From NCBI GenBank assembly GCA_942490995.1, contig CALOBG010000020.1:22004-86003 (forward strand): a DNA stretch of 64,000 nucleotides, given 5' to 3'. This stretch comes from an uncultured Gammaproteobacteria bacterium. GTDB lineage: Bacteria > Pseudomonadota > Gammaproteobacteria > Ga0077536. Under the pieces are notes generated by a model. It was not told the DNA's origin, ran no database searches, and saw only the letters and a list, made by a program, of their open reading frames with translations. The position numbers and the translations under genes are program-made. Below are positions 56,190-64,000 of the stretch, piece after piece (within the stretch, counting starts at the first letter, position 1; every line of letters starts with the position of its first letter).

Positions 56190-57500
56190 TCAGGCGCCGC
56201 TCCCGACGCTCAGTTCCGCCAACGCGTAAAACGCCTTCAGAGTCCGGAACAGGGCCTCGGCGTCATCGCTGCCGGCCAGTTCGCGGATCGAGTGCATGGC
56301 AAACGTCGGCACACCGACATCGACGGTGCGCACACCCAGCGCGGCTGCGGTCAGTGGCCCGATGGTCGAGCCACAACCCATATCCGTGCGCACCACGAAC
56401 GACTGGACCTTGACCCCGGCGATCGAGGCGGCGTGACGAAACAGTGCCGCCGATTCGCTGTTGGTGGCGTAGGACTGGTTGGAGTTGACCTTCAGCGCCG
56501 GGCCGGCGTTCAGGATCGGACCATGGCGCGGATCGTGGATATCGATGAAGTTGGGATGGATCCCGTGGGCATTGTCGGTCGAAATGAGCAGCGAGTTGGC
56601 GATCATGCGGGCGTAGTTTTCGTCGCCGCCGGCGATCCGCTCCAGCACGCTGCGCAGGAAATTACCGCGCGCGCCGGCATTGGAGCCGCTGCCGACTTCT
56701 TCGTGATCGTTACACACCAGCAGCTGGCCGTGACCGGCCGCCGCACCGAGCAGGGCTTCAAGACCGGTGAAACAGCTGAGCAGATTATCGAGACGCGCGC
56801 CGGCGATGAACTCCTGTTTGAGACCGACGCTGCCGACGCGTTCGGTGGGATAAAACGACAGTTCGAATTCCAGCAGTTGCTCACCCGCGGCGAGTACCCC
56901 GGTTTTGCGCAGGCGCTGGGTCAGCATGGCGGCGAAATCGAAGGCCTTGGTGCCCGACAGCGCCAGCACCGGAGGCAGCATGGTCTGGCGATTGATGCTG
57001 CGACTGGTATTGGCCTCGCGATCGAGATGGATGGCGAGACTGGGAATGATGGCGACCGCTTCTTCGAAATCGACCAGGCAACTGCGCAGGCGTCCCGATT
57101 TGTGTTTCAGGGTGACCCGCCCGGCGAGCGACAGGTCGCGGTCGAACCAGGGATTCAGCAACACCCCGCCGTAGACTTCGACGCCGAAGCTGACGTAGCC
57201 GGCCTGTTCGATGACCGCGTTCGGCTTCAGTTTCAGACACGGACTGTCGGTGTGCGCACCGACCATGCGCAGCCCGTCTTCGGCCACCGAGCGACGACCG
57301 AGACGGAACGCGATCAGCGACGAATCGTTGCGCGTGACGACGTACTTGCCGCCGGCCTTGATCTGCCACGGCCGAGCCTCGTCGAGTAGTTGATAGCCAG
57401 CCGCCGTGAGGCGATCGCGCATATTGGCGCTGGCGTGAAACGGGGTCGGCGAGGCGTCGATGAACGCGGCCAGGGCACGGTTGAATGTGGTTTTAGACAT
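56190..57500 (-). CDS. M18-family aminopeptidase (aspartyl aminopeptidase-like)
   Basis: Co-linear M18 pattern including GAHTDSPCLKLKPN. Confidence 0.85.
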   Translation of the reverse strand: MSKTTFNRALAAFIDASPTPFHASANMRDRLTAAGYQLLDEARPWQIKAGGKYVVTRNDSSLIAFRLGRRSVAEDGLRMVGAHTDSPCLKLKPNAVIEQAGYVSFGVEVYGGVLLNPWFDRDLSLAGRVTLKHKSGRLRSCLVDFEEAVAIIPSLAIHLDREANTSRSINRQTMLPPVLALSGTKAFDFAAMLTQRLRKTGVLAAGEQLLEFELSFYPTERVGSVGLKQEFIAGARLDNLLSCFTGLEALLGAAAGHGQLLVCNDHEEVGSGSNAGARGNFLRSVLERIAGGDENYARMIANSLLISTDNAHGIHPNFIDIHDPRHGPILNAGPALKVNSNQSYATNSESAALFRHAASIAGVKVQSFVVRTDMGCGSTIGPLTAAALGVRTVDVGVPTFAMHSIRELAGSDDAEALFRTLKAFYALAELSVGSGA

Positions 57501-57592
57501 GGCGCTGATTCTAACTGATGCGTGAGGTATCGACACGGCGCGGGCGCGCGGGACTCGTTAAACTAAGGCACTTCTTATCGGGAGCCTGTCGC

Positions 57593-58381
57593 ATGTCCGA
57601 ATCCGTACTTTTCGACGTCAGCGAGCGCATCGCCACGCTGACCCTGAACCAGCCGGCACGGCTCAATGCGTTCAGCGATGCCATGCTGGCCGAACTCCTC
57701 GCGCGGATTGACGAATGCGCCGCGCGCGAGGATGTTGCGGTTGTGATCCTGACCGGCAGCGGGCGCGGCTTCTGCTCCGGCGGCGACGTCAGCAGCATGG
57801 GCGAAGACGCCGACAACCGCGCGCATGTCACCAAAACCTACATCCACGAAGTCATCCAGGCGTTTCCGAAACGGCTCCAGCGCTTCGACAAACCGATCAT
57901 CGCGGCGGTCAATGGCGTCGCCGCCGGCGGCGGCATGGACCTCGCGCTGGCGTGCGATATGCGCGTCGCGGCCAGCAGCGCCAGCTTTGCCGAAACCTAC
58001 GTGCGCATCGGTCTGCTGCCGGGCGGCGGCGGCGCCTGGTTCCTGCCGCGACTGGTGGGTCGCAGCATGGCCATGGAAATGCTGCTCGGCGGCGAATTCA
58101 TCGATGCCGATGAAGCGCTGCGGATCGGCCTGGTCAACCACGTATGGCCGGATGACGAACTGCTCGAACGCACCCGCGCCCTCGCCGCGCGCATTGCGCG
58201 CAACCCACCGCTGTCGGTGCGCCTGATCAAGCGCGCCGTCGGCCACGGTCTCGACAATGACCTGGAAACCTGCCTGGACCTGGTTTCCTCGCATATCGCG
58301 ATCGCCAAACAGGGCCACGACCACGCCGAAGCGATGCGCGCGTTCCGCGCCAAACGCGACGGCGACTACCAGGGTTGGTAG
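57593..58381 (+). CDS. Enoyl-CoA hydratase (crotonase family)
   Basis: Motifs LTGSGRGFCSGGD and NG.AAGGGMDLALACD. RBS GGGAGC. Confidence 0.85.
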   Translation: MSESVLFDVSERIATLTLNQPARLNAFSDAMLAELLARIDECAAREDVAVVILTGSGRGFCSGGDVSSMGEDADNRAHVTKTYIHEVIQAFPKRLQRFDKPIIAAVNGVAAGGGMDLALACDMRVAASSASFAETYVRIGLLPGGGGAWFLPRLVGRSMAMEMLLGGEFIDADEALRIGLVNHVWPDDELLERTRALAARIARNPPLSVRLIKRAVGHGLDNDLETCLDLVSSHIAIAKQGHDHAEAMRAFRAKRDGDYQGW

Positions 58382-58406
58382 CGCGACCGCCACATCGCTG
58401 CGAGGC

Positions 58407-59318
58407 TCATCCGCCAGCGTTGATGCGGTAGCCGGCGCGCGGGTAATGTACCGCGACTTCGCCGAGCGCCGGGTCGTCGCGGATCACGGTGATTTCATTG
58501 GCACTGATGCGCGCGACCTTGCCGATGGTCGTTTCCTGGCCATAGTCGTCGGCGATGATGGTGACAAGCTGGCCGGCGCTGAAACCGGCCTCGGCGTCAC
58601 AGCCGCCGGCAGTATCGGCCGGCGTCGCCGCCTTGGCCGCGGCCAGGGCATCGGCCCCACTCATCGGTGTCACTTTGCCGGTGCCGAAGCCCTCGATACG
58701 CCTGACCCAGGCGGCGAGCCTGGCGCGCGCCTCGATCAGCGGCACCAGCGCCGGGTTGTTCATCATGAAGCGCACCGTGTGGAAACACGCCGCGTCGGCG
58801 AGGGTAAAAGCGCTGCCCAACAGGTATTCGCCGCTACCGAGCTGCTGGTCGAGGTAATCGAGCACATGACAGGCCTGCGCCAGTGACTGCGGCGCGGCCT
58901 GGGTCAGCGCCTCGAGCGAGAACCCCGGTGTCATTGCTTTGCGGTCTTCGATAAATCCCGGCGGCAGCGCGTCGACCAGCGCAACGATGGTTGGCGGCAC
59001 AACCTGCATGAACACGCGGTGGTCGGCCCAGTCTTCGATCATCGCGATGAGCCCGGCCTCGGTGGCGGGCAGGACGGTGGGCTCGGGGTGCAGCGCTTCG
59101 ATGCGGCGCACGATCAGCGCCGTATCGCAGTAGATATCCGCGCCGATCTGCAGCACCGGAATGCGGCGATAACCGCCGGTAAGCGGCGTCAGCTCGGGTT
59201 TCGGCGCCATCACCGGCTGCTCGACGGCGCGCCACGGCACCTTTTTGTAGGCCAGCACGCGGCGGACTTTTTCCGAAAACGGCGACAGGTCGTAGTGATG
59301 CAGGATCAGTTCGCTCAC
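58407..59318 (-). CDS. Glutathione S-transferase-family protein with about 100-aa C-terminal extension
   Basis: GST N-terminal thioredoxin-like domain (LILHHYDLSPFSEKVRRVL...IPVLQ). GTG start with AAGGAAAAG RBS. C-terminal extension unrecognised. Confidence 0.7.
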   Translation of the reverse strand: MSELILHHYDLSPFSEKVRRVLAYKKVPWRAVEQPVMAPKPELTPLTGGYRRIPVLQIGADIYCDTALIVRRIEALHPEPTVLPATEAGLIAMIEDWADHRVFMQVVPPTIVALVDALPPGFIEDRKAMTPGFSLEALTQAAPQSLAQACHVLDYLDQQLGSGEYLLGSAFTLADAACFHTVRFMMNNPALVPLIEARARLAAWVRRIEGFGTGKVTPMSGADALAAAKAATPADTAGGCDAEAGFSAGQLVTIIADDYGQETTIGKVARISANEITVIRDDPALGEVAVHYPRAGYRINAGG

Positions 59319-59344
59319 AGGCTTTTCCTTGTTTGAAACAGCGT

Positions 59345-61132
59345 TTATTCGGGCAGGGTAAATGCGATCACGGCATCGCCGAGCGGGAAATTGAACAGCG
59401 CGTGGCCACCGGCGGCGACAACCACGTACTGGCGTCCGGCAACGCGGTAGGTTACCGGCGGCGCGTTGACCCCGGCGCCGGTAGCGAAACGCCACAGGGA
59501 CTGACCCGTGTCGACATCGCGTGCAACGAAGTCGCCATTGGACTGGCCGTGGAACAGCAGGCCGCCGGCTGTCGCCAGTGCGCCCGAAACCAGCGGCAGC
59601 TCGGTGCGAGCCTGCCATTTGATGGCGCCGTCGTCGGGGTCAATCGCACTCAGTGTGCCCCAGCGCTCGACGTCGTTCAGAAAACTGAGCACATTGACGG
59701 GCTGCCCGGCGGCGTCGGTTTCGAGGTGGTAGCGGGTCGGTTGATGCGAGGCCGGGACATACACCCAGCCGCTCTGCGGGCTGTACGCGGCGGGTGGCCA
59801 GTTGGCGCCGCCGCCGGCGCCCGGTGCGATGAGAATGCCGTCGACGGTCGGGCGGTGAAACATGTTTTTGTTCTGCGGCACGAACGGCGCCGAGCGGCGC
59901 AGTGGCTTGCCGGTGGTGCGATCAAAAACGTACAGCCAGCCGGATTTTGACGCCGCGGCCACCGCTTTGACGGCAACGCCGTTGGCATCGACGCTATCCA
60001 GCAGCAGCGGTGGCGCAGCAACGTCATAACCCCAGATATCGTGCGGCACGAGCTGATGATGCCAGCGCAGTTTGCCGCTCTCGACCTCGAGCGCGATCAG
60101 TGAGGAGGTATACAGGTTGTCGCCCGGCCGCTGGTAGTCGGCATAGCCCGGCGAGGCGTTACCGGTACCGAAATAGATCAGGCCGAGTTCGGGATCGATC
60201 GAAGGCGAGGAATAAATCGAACCGCCCCCGCCCCGCCACGCCTCGCGGTAAGCGGGCGCGTTGGCGCGTTCGGCGGCAAGGTCACGTTGCAACGGATCGC
60301 CAAACGAGGTGGTGGCACTGAAGTCGCCTTCCCAGCCCTGCGCCGCGGTCGAGTACCAGCGCCACAGCAGCTCGCCGCTGTTAGCATCGTAGGCGGACAG
60401 GAATGCGCGCAGCCCCGGGCGCACCCCGGGCCGGCCGAGGACCGAGGCGGAGTCCGACTCGGCGTCGCCGAGCACCGCACTGTAGCCGGTACCGCTGACG
60501 CCGATGAAAACCTTGCCGGCAAACACGACCGGCGCCATGTTGCCGGCGAATCGCGTGTAAGCGGCAAAGTCGGCGGCGGTATCGGCATTATAGGTTCGGA
60601 TCGCATCCAGCGCGGCATCGTCGCCACTGGCCGGGTCGACCATCGGAATGTCCCACACCAGCGCGCCGCTGGCGGCCTCGAGCGCAATAAAGCGCGCGTC
60701 CGCGGTGACCATGTACAGGCGCCCATGGCCCCACGCCAGGCCGCGGTTATGCGCGCCGCAACACAGCTTGTCCTCGCTCGGCTGGTGGTCGTAACGCCAG
60801 CGCAGCGCGCCGCTCGCCGCGTCCAGGGCCAGCACGTGGTTGTAGGGGGTGGTCAGGTACATCACGCCGTCGACCACCAGCGGGTTGGTCGGGAACGTGC
60901 CGACGATGCCGGTCTGGGCAATCCAGGCCGGCCGCAGGCGGGAAACGTTTTCGCGCGTGATCTGAGCGAGCGCGCTGTAACGCTGGTTGGCGTAACCGTG
61001 ACCGTAGGTCAGCCAGTTATCGTGGTCGTCCTGGGCGCCGCGCAGGCGCGCGTCATCGGCGTGGACGGTGCTGCCTGTGGCGAGCCCAAACACCAGCAGG
61101 ACGCCGACAGCGCCCCGGATCAGTCGTGTCAT
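59345..61132 (-). CDS. PQQ-dependent alcohol dehydrogenase (ExaA/XoxF-like quinoprotein)
   Basis: Signal peptide. Vicinal disulfide DKLCCGAHNRG and W-rich propeller repeats. Start at MTRLIRG, which avoids overlap with slyD. Confidence 0.85.
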   Translation of the reverse strand: MTRLIRGAVGVLLVFGLATGSTVHADDARLRGAQDDHDNWLTYGHGYANQRYSALAQITRENVSRLRPAWIAQTGIVGTFPTNPLVVDGVMYLTTPYNHVLALDAASGALRWRYDHQPSEDKLCCGAHNRGLAWGHGRLYMVTADARFIALEAASGALVWDIPMVDPASGDDAALDAIRTYNADTAADFAAYTRFAGNMAPVVFAGKVFIGVSGTGYSAVLGDAESDSASVLGRPGVRPGLRAFLSAYDANSGELLWRWYSTAAQGWEGDFSATTSFGDPLQRDLAAERANAPAYREAWRGGGGSIYSSPSIDPELGLIYFGTGNASPGYADYQRPGDNLYTSSLIALEVESGKLRWHHQLVPHDIWGYDVAAPPLLLDSVDANGVAVKAVAAASKSGWLYVFDRTTGKPLRRSAPFVPQNKNMFHRPTVDGILIAPGAGGGANWPPAAYSPQSGWVYVPASHQPTRYHLETDAAGQPVNVLSFLNDVERWGTLSAIDPDDGAIKWQARTELPLVSGALATAGGLLFHGQSNGDFVARDVDTGQSLWRFATGAGVNAPPVTYRVAGRQYVVVAAGGHALFNFPLGDAVIAFTLPE

Positions 61133-61169
61133 CGCCGACTCCCTTTGCCGCCGTATGGGCACGGCGCCT

Positions 61170-61658
61170 TCAATGATGATGGCCACCGGGTCCGTGGGCA
61201 TGGCCGTGGGCGCGTTCTTCCGCGCTCGCCTCGCGGACGTCCACGATTTCGATGTCGAAACTGAGGGTCGCGCCGGCGAGGGGATGATTGGTATCGACAT
61301 CGACGACGAATTTCCCGGCCTTGATGACCTTGACCTGGCGCGGCCCGTGCTCGGTATTGACCGCGATGGTCATACCGGGCCTGAGTTTGCCTTTGGTCAG
61401 CACGGTTTTCATCTGCAGCCGCTGCACGGCATCCTCGCGACGTTCGCCATAAGCGTCGCCCGGCGCAATGACGGCGGTGAAGCTGTCACCGGCGACGCGC
61501 CCGGCCATGGCCCGCTCCAGGCCCGGGATGATGCCGTTCGTACCGTGCATGTAGAGCATGGGTTCGCCGCCGAACGATGCCTCGATCTGCTCGCCATCGT
61601 CGCCACGCAGGCGGTAGTGGAAACTGACGACACTGTTTTTTTCGATACTCACAGGCAA
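61170..61658 (-). CDS. slyD: FKBP-type peptidyl-prolyl isomerase SlyD with His-rich tail
   Basis: FKBP plus IF-domain layout. C-terminal HGHAHGPGGHHH tail. Confidence 0.85.
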   Translation of the reverse strand: MPVSIEKNSVVSFHYRLRGDDGEQIEASFGGEPMLYMHGTNGIIPGLERAMAGRVAGDSFTAVIAPGDAYGERREDAVQRLQMKTVLTKGKLRPGMTIAVNTEHGPRQVKVIKAGKFVVDVDTNHPLAGATLSFDIEIVDVREASAEERAHGHAHGPGGHHH

Positions 61659-61713
61659 TCGGCGCCCTTCCGCGCGACTTTGCCTGACGGCCGGATCGAA
61701 ATGCCGATGCGCC

Positions 61714-62439
61714 TCATCGCTCCACCACCGGCCGGGCGCGCTGGTTGTAGAGCACTTTGCGCAGGGCGGCTTTCTCTGCTTCGCTCATGGTGTCGAGGTT
61801 CATGCTCATATCGCTGCCTACCGCCATGCCGCGCTGCACGGCCGGACGCGCCGACAGTTCATCCCACCAGCGTTTGACGTATTTGAAGTCGTTCAGATCC
61901 TGCTCGTGGCTTTCGGCCAGGGCGCACCACGGATAAACGATCATATCGGCGATCGTATAGCTGTCACCGGCGAGGTAAGGGCTGTCGTACAGGCGCTGGT
62001 TGAGCACCCCGTAGCAACGGTTGACCTCGTCGGTGAAGCGCGTGATGGCATAACTCTGATCGCCCTGGCTGTCACCGAGGCGGCGAAAATGTCCGCACTC
62101 GCCACTCTTCGGGCCCTGGTTGGCCATCTGCCAGATCACCCATTGCGTGACCGCGTACTTGCCGCGCACATCCTGCGGCCAGAAACGCCCAGCCTTCTCG
62201 GCGATGTACATCATCATCGCGCCCGATTCGAACAGCGCGATCGGCGCCCCGCCACCGGTCGGTTCGTGGTCGATCATGGCCGGCATGCGGTTGTTCGGAC
62301 ACATGGCGAGGAACTGGTCGCTGAACTGGTCACCTTTGCCGATATTGCACGGCACCACCCGGTATGGCAGTGCGCATTCTTCCAGCGCTATGGTGACTTT
62401 TTTGCCGTTCGGGGTCGGCCAGTAATGGAGATCGATCAT
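61714..62439 (-). CDS. Nu-class glutathione transferase (YfcG/YghU-like)
   Basis: MIDLHYWPTPNGKKVTIALEE...FESGA is typical of the YfcG/YghU group. Confidence 0.8.
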   Translation of the reverse strand: MIDLHYWPTPNGKKVTIALEECALPYRVVPCNIGKGDQFSDQFLAMCPNNRMPAMIDHEPTGGGAPIALFESGAMMMYIAEKAGRFWPQDVRGKYAVTQWVIWQMANQGPKSGECGHFRRLGDSQGDQSYAITRFTDEVNRCYGVLNQRLYDSPYLAGDSYTIADMIVYPWCALAESHEQDLNDFKYVKRWWDELSARPAVQRGMAVGSDMSMNLDTMSEAEKAALRKVLYNQRARPVVER

Positions 62440-62628
62440 ATTGCCTGCTCCGCCGCGTGGGGGTTCAAACGCCGCAGCATACCGGCAAACGCGCCGCCAC
62501 GACCAGCGCCGCCGCCGCTGCGGGGGAATGTCAAACGCAGGCGCCTCGATTGCGTAGAATTAGCGCCACGACAGGCCAGCGCAAGCCGCGCTGTCGCCGC
62601 CATCGTGACCGCCAAACCGGGAACCAAT

Positions 62629-64000
62629 ATGCTTGATCCAAGTCCGCAGGCCACTCGCCTGAAAGATTACACCCCGCCACCGTTTCTGATTGAACACGTT
62701 GAGCTCGACATCGATCTCGGCGCGGCGCATACCGAGGTGCGCGCCCGCCTCACCTGCCGGCGCAATCCCGCGGGCGTGGATACAAATGCGCCGCTGGTCC
62801 TTGACGGCAACGAACTCGAGCTGGTGCGTATCGCGATCGATGGCCGCGAACTGACCGCGGGTGAGTACCAGCACGATGACGAACATCTGACCATCACCAC
62901 GGTACCGGCATCGTTCGTGTTCGAAAGCGTGGTCCGGATCAAGCCCGAATCGAATACCCAGCTCGAAGGCCTGTACGCCTCGAAGGACGGCTATTTCACC
63001 CAGTGCGAAGCAGAAGGTTTCCGCCGCATTACGTTTTTTCTCGACCGCCCCGACGTCATGGCGCGCTATACCACCACCATCACCGCCGACCCCGCGCGCT
63101 TCCCGCTGCTGCTGTCCAATGGCAACCTCGAAGCGCAGGGTGAATCGGACGGCGGACGCCACTGGGCGCGTTGGGTCGATCCGTTTCCGAAACCGTCCTA
63201 CCTGTTCGCCATGGTCGCCGCGCGTCTCGACAAACTCGAGGATGATTTTGTCACGACCTCCGGCCGCACGGTCAAGCTGATGGTGTTTGTCGAACCGGGC
63301 AAACTCGACCAGTGCGATTTCGCCATGCAGGCGCTGAAGTCCGCGATGCGCTGGGACGAAGAGGTGTTCGGTCTCGAACTCGATCTCGACCAGTACATGA
63401 TCGTTGCGGTCGGCGACTTCAATATGGGCGCGATGGAAAACAAGGGCCTGAATATCTTCAACACCAAGTACGTGCTGGCGCGCGCGGATACCGCCACCGA
63501 TACCGACTTCATGATGCTCGACCGCGTCGTCGCGCATGAGTACTTCCACAACTGGACCGGTAACCGCGTGACCTGCCGCGACTGGTTCCAGCTCAGCCTC
63601 AAGGAAGGCCTGACCGTGTTCCGCGATCAGCAGTATGGCGGCGACCGTTACTCGCACGCGGTGCAGCGCATCCAGGAAGTGCGCCAGCTACGCGCCGCAC
63701 AGTTTCCCGAGGACGCCGGGCCGATGGCGCACCCGGTCCGCCCCGAGTCCTACATCGAGATCAGTAATTTTTATACCGCGACCGTGTACAACAAGGGCGC
63801 CGAGGTCGTGCGCATGATCCACACCCTGCTCGGCGCGGACAACTTTCGCGCCGGCATGGACCTGTATTTCCAGCGTCACGACGGCCAGGCGGTGCGTACC
63901 GAGGAATTCGTCCAGGCCATGCAGGACGCCTCGGGGATTGATCTCGAGCAGTTCCGGCGCTGGTACAGCCAGGCGGGTACCCCGCGGGTCACGGCCAGCG
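62629..64000 (+). CDS. pepN: Aminopeptidase N, 3' partial
   Basis: GAMEN and HEYFHNWTGNRVT (HEXXH) zinc motifs. The frame stays open to the window end, so it is absent from the ORF track. The track's minus-strand ORF here is antisense. Confidence 0.9.
   Translation, partial: MLDPSPQATRLKDYTPPPFLIEHVELDIDLGAAHTEVRARLTCRRNPAGVDTNAPLVLDGNELELVRIAIDGRELTAGEYQHDDEHLTITTVPASFVFESVVRIKPESNTQLEGLYASKDGYFTQCEAEGFRRITFFLDRPDVMARYTTTITADPARFPLLLSNGNLEAQGESDGGRHWARWVDPFPKPSYLFAMVAARLDKLEDDFVTTSGRTVKLMVFVEPGKLDQCDFAMQALKSAMRWDEEVFGLELDLDQYMIVAVGDFNMGAMENKGLNIFNTKYVLARADTATDTDFMMLDRVVAHEYFHNWTGNRVTCRDWFQLSLKEGLTVFRDQQYGGDRYSHAVQRIQEVRQLRAAQFPEDAGPMAHPVRPESYIEISNFYTATVYNKGAEVVRMIHTLLGADNFRAGMDLYFQRHDGQAVRTEEFVQAMQDASGIDLEQFRRWYSQAGTPRVTAS

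Noticed and set aside
62560-63657. 365-aa minus-strand ORF
   Set aside because: Antisense to pepN, whose GAMEN and HEXXH motifs establish the plus strand as coding. pepN is missing from the track only because it runs off the window end.
1-64000. CRISPR arrays, rRNA or tRNA genes
   Set aside because: No short regularly spaced direct repeats, no cloverleaf-like intergenic segments and no rRNA-like conserved stretches were seen. Intergenic spaces are short, apart from the two repeat and IS regions.

Overview
High-GC (about 65%) proteobacterial chromosomal segment, densely coding on both strands (about 75 CDS). I found no rRNA, tRNA or CRISPR. Most of the window is ordinary accessory and catabolic content:
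- An aromatic ring-hydroxylating dioxygenase cluster (6400..11967): extradiol dioxygenase, Rieske alpha and beta subunits, diol dehydrogenase, hydratase-aldolase-like and ornithine cyclodeaminase-family genes, with divergent split-subunit TPP decarboxylase genes.
- A MacA-type adaptor plus ABC ATPase plus two FtsX permeases (37328..41592).
- Two PQQ beta-propeller dehydrogenases (53238..55091 and 59345..61132).
- Several glutathione transferases, crotonases, small NTF2/SnoaL proteins and MFS transporters.
- Housekeeping genes: greB, slyD, trxC, hspQ, yjgA and a partial pepN.

The standout is a 2.7-kb low-GC (about 45%) insertion at 28136..30853. It is bounded by 21-bp IS1-like terminal inverted repeats and a perfect 8-bp target-site duplication (TAGATTTT). 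It carries a single-ORF IS1-family transposase plus four passenger ORFs: an unknown 176-aa protein, an XRE-type HTH protein, an unknown 153-aa protein and a small basic protein. I read this as a cargo-carrying IS1-family transposon with a candidate toxin-antitoxin or defence-like module. It sits exactly in the 30-bp gap between two convergent host genes.

Other points worth a second look:
- A two-copy tandem element of about 145 bp with its own terminal inverted repeats, resembling a miniature inverted-repeat transposable element (MITE), at 23719..24008.
- A GIY-YIG-like protein next to an adenylate cyclase-FHA fusion (47540..49390).
- At least five single-nucleotide frame disruptions (a ygiQ radical-SAM gene with three frameshifts, an epoxide-hydrolase C-terminus, and a spermidine-synthase-like 5' end). 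These suggest either homopolymer sequencing errors or real gene decay.

All calls are from reading the ORF translations and the DNA. No database searches were run.
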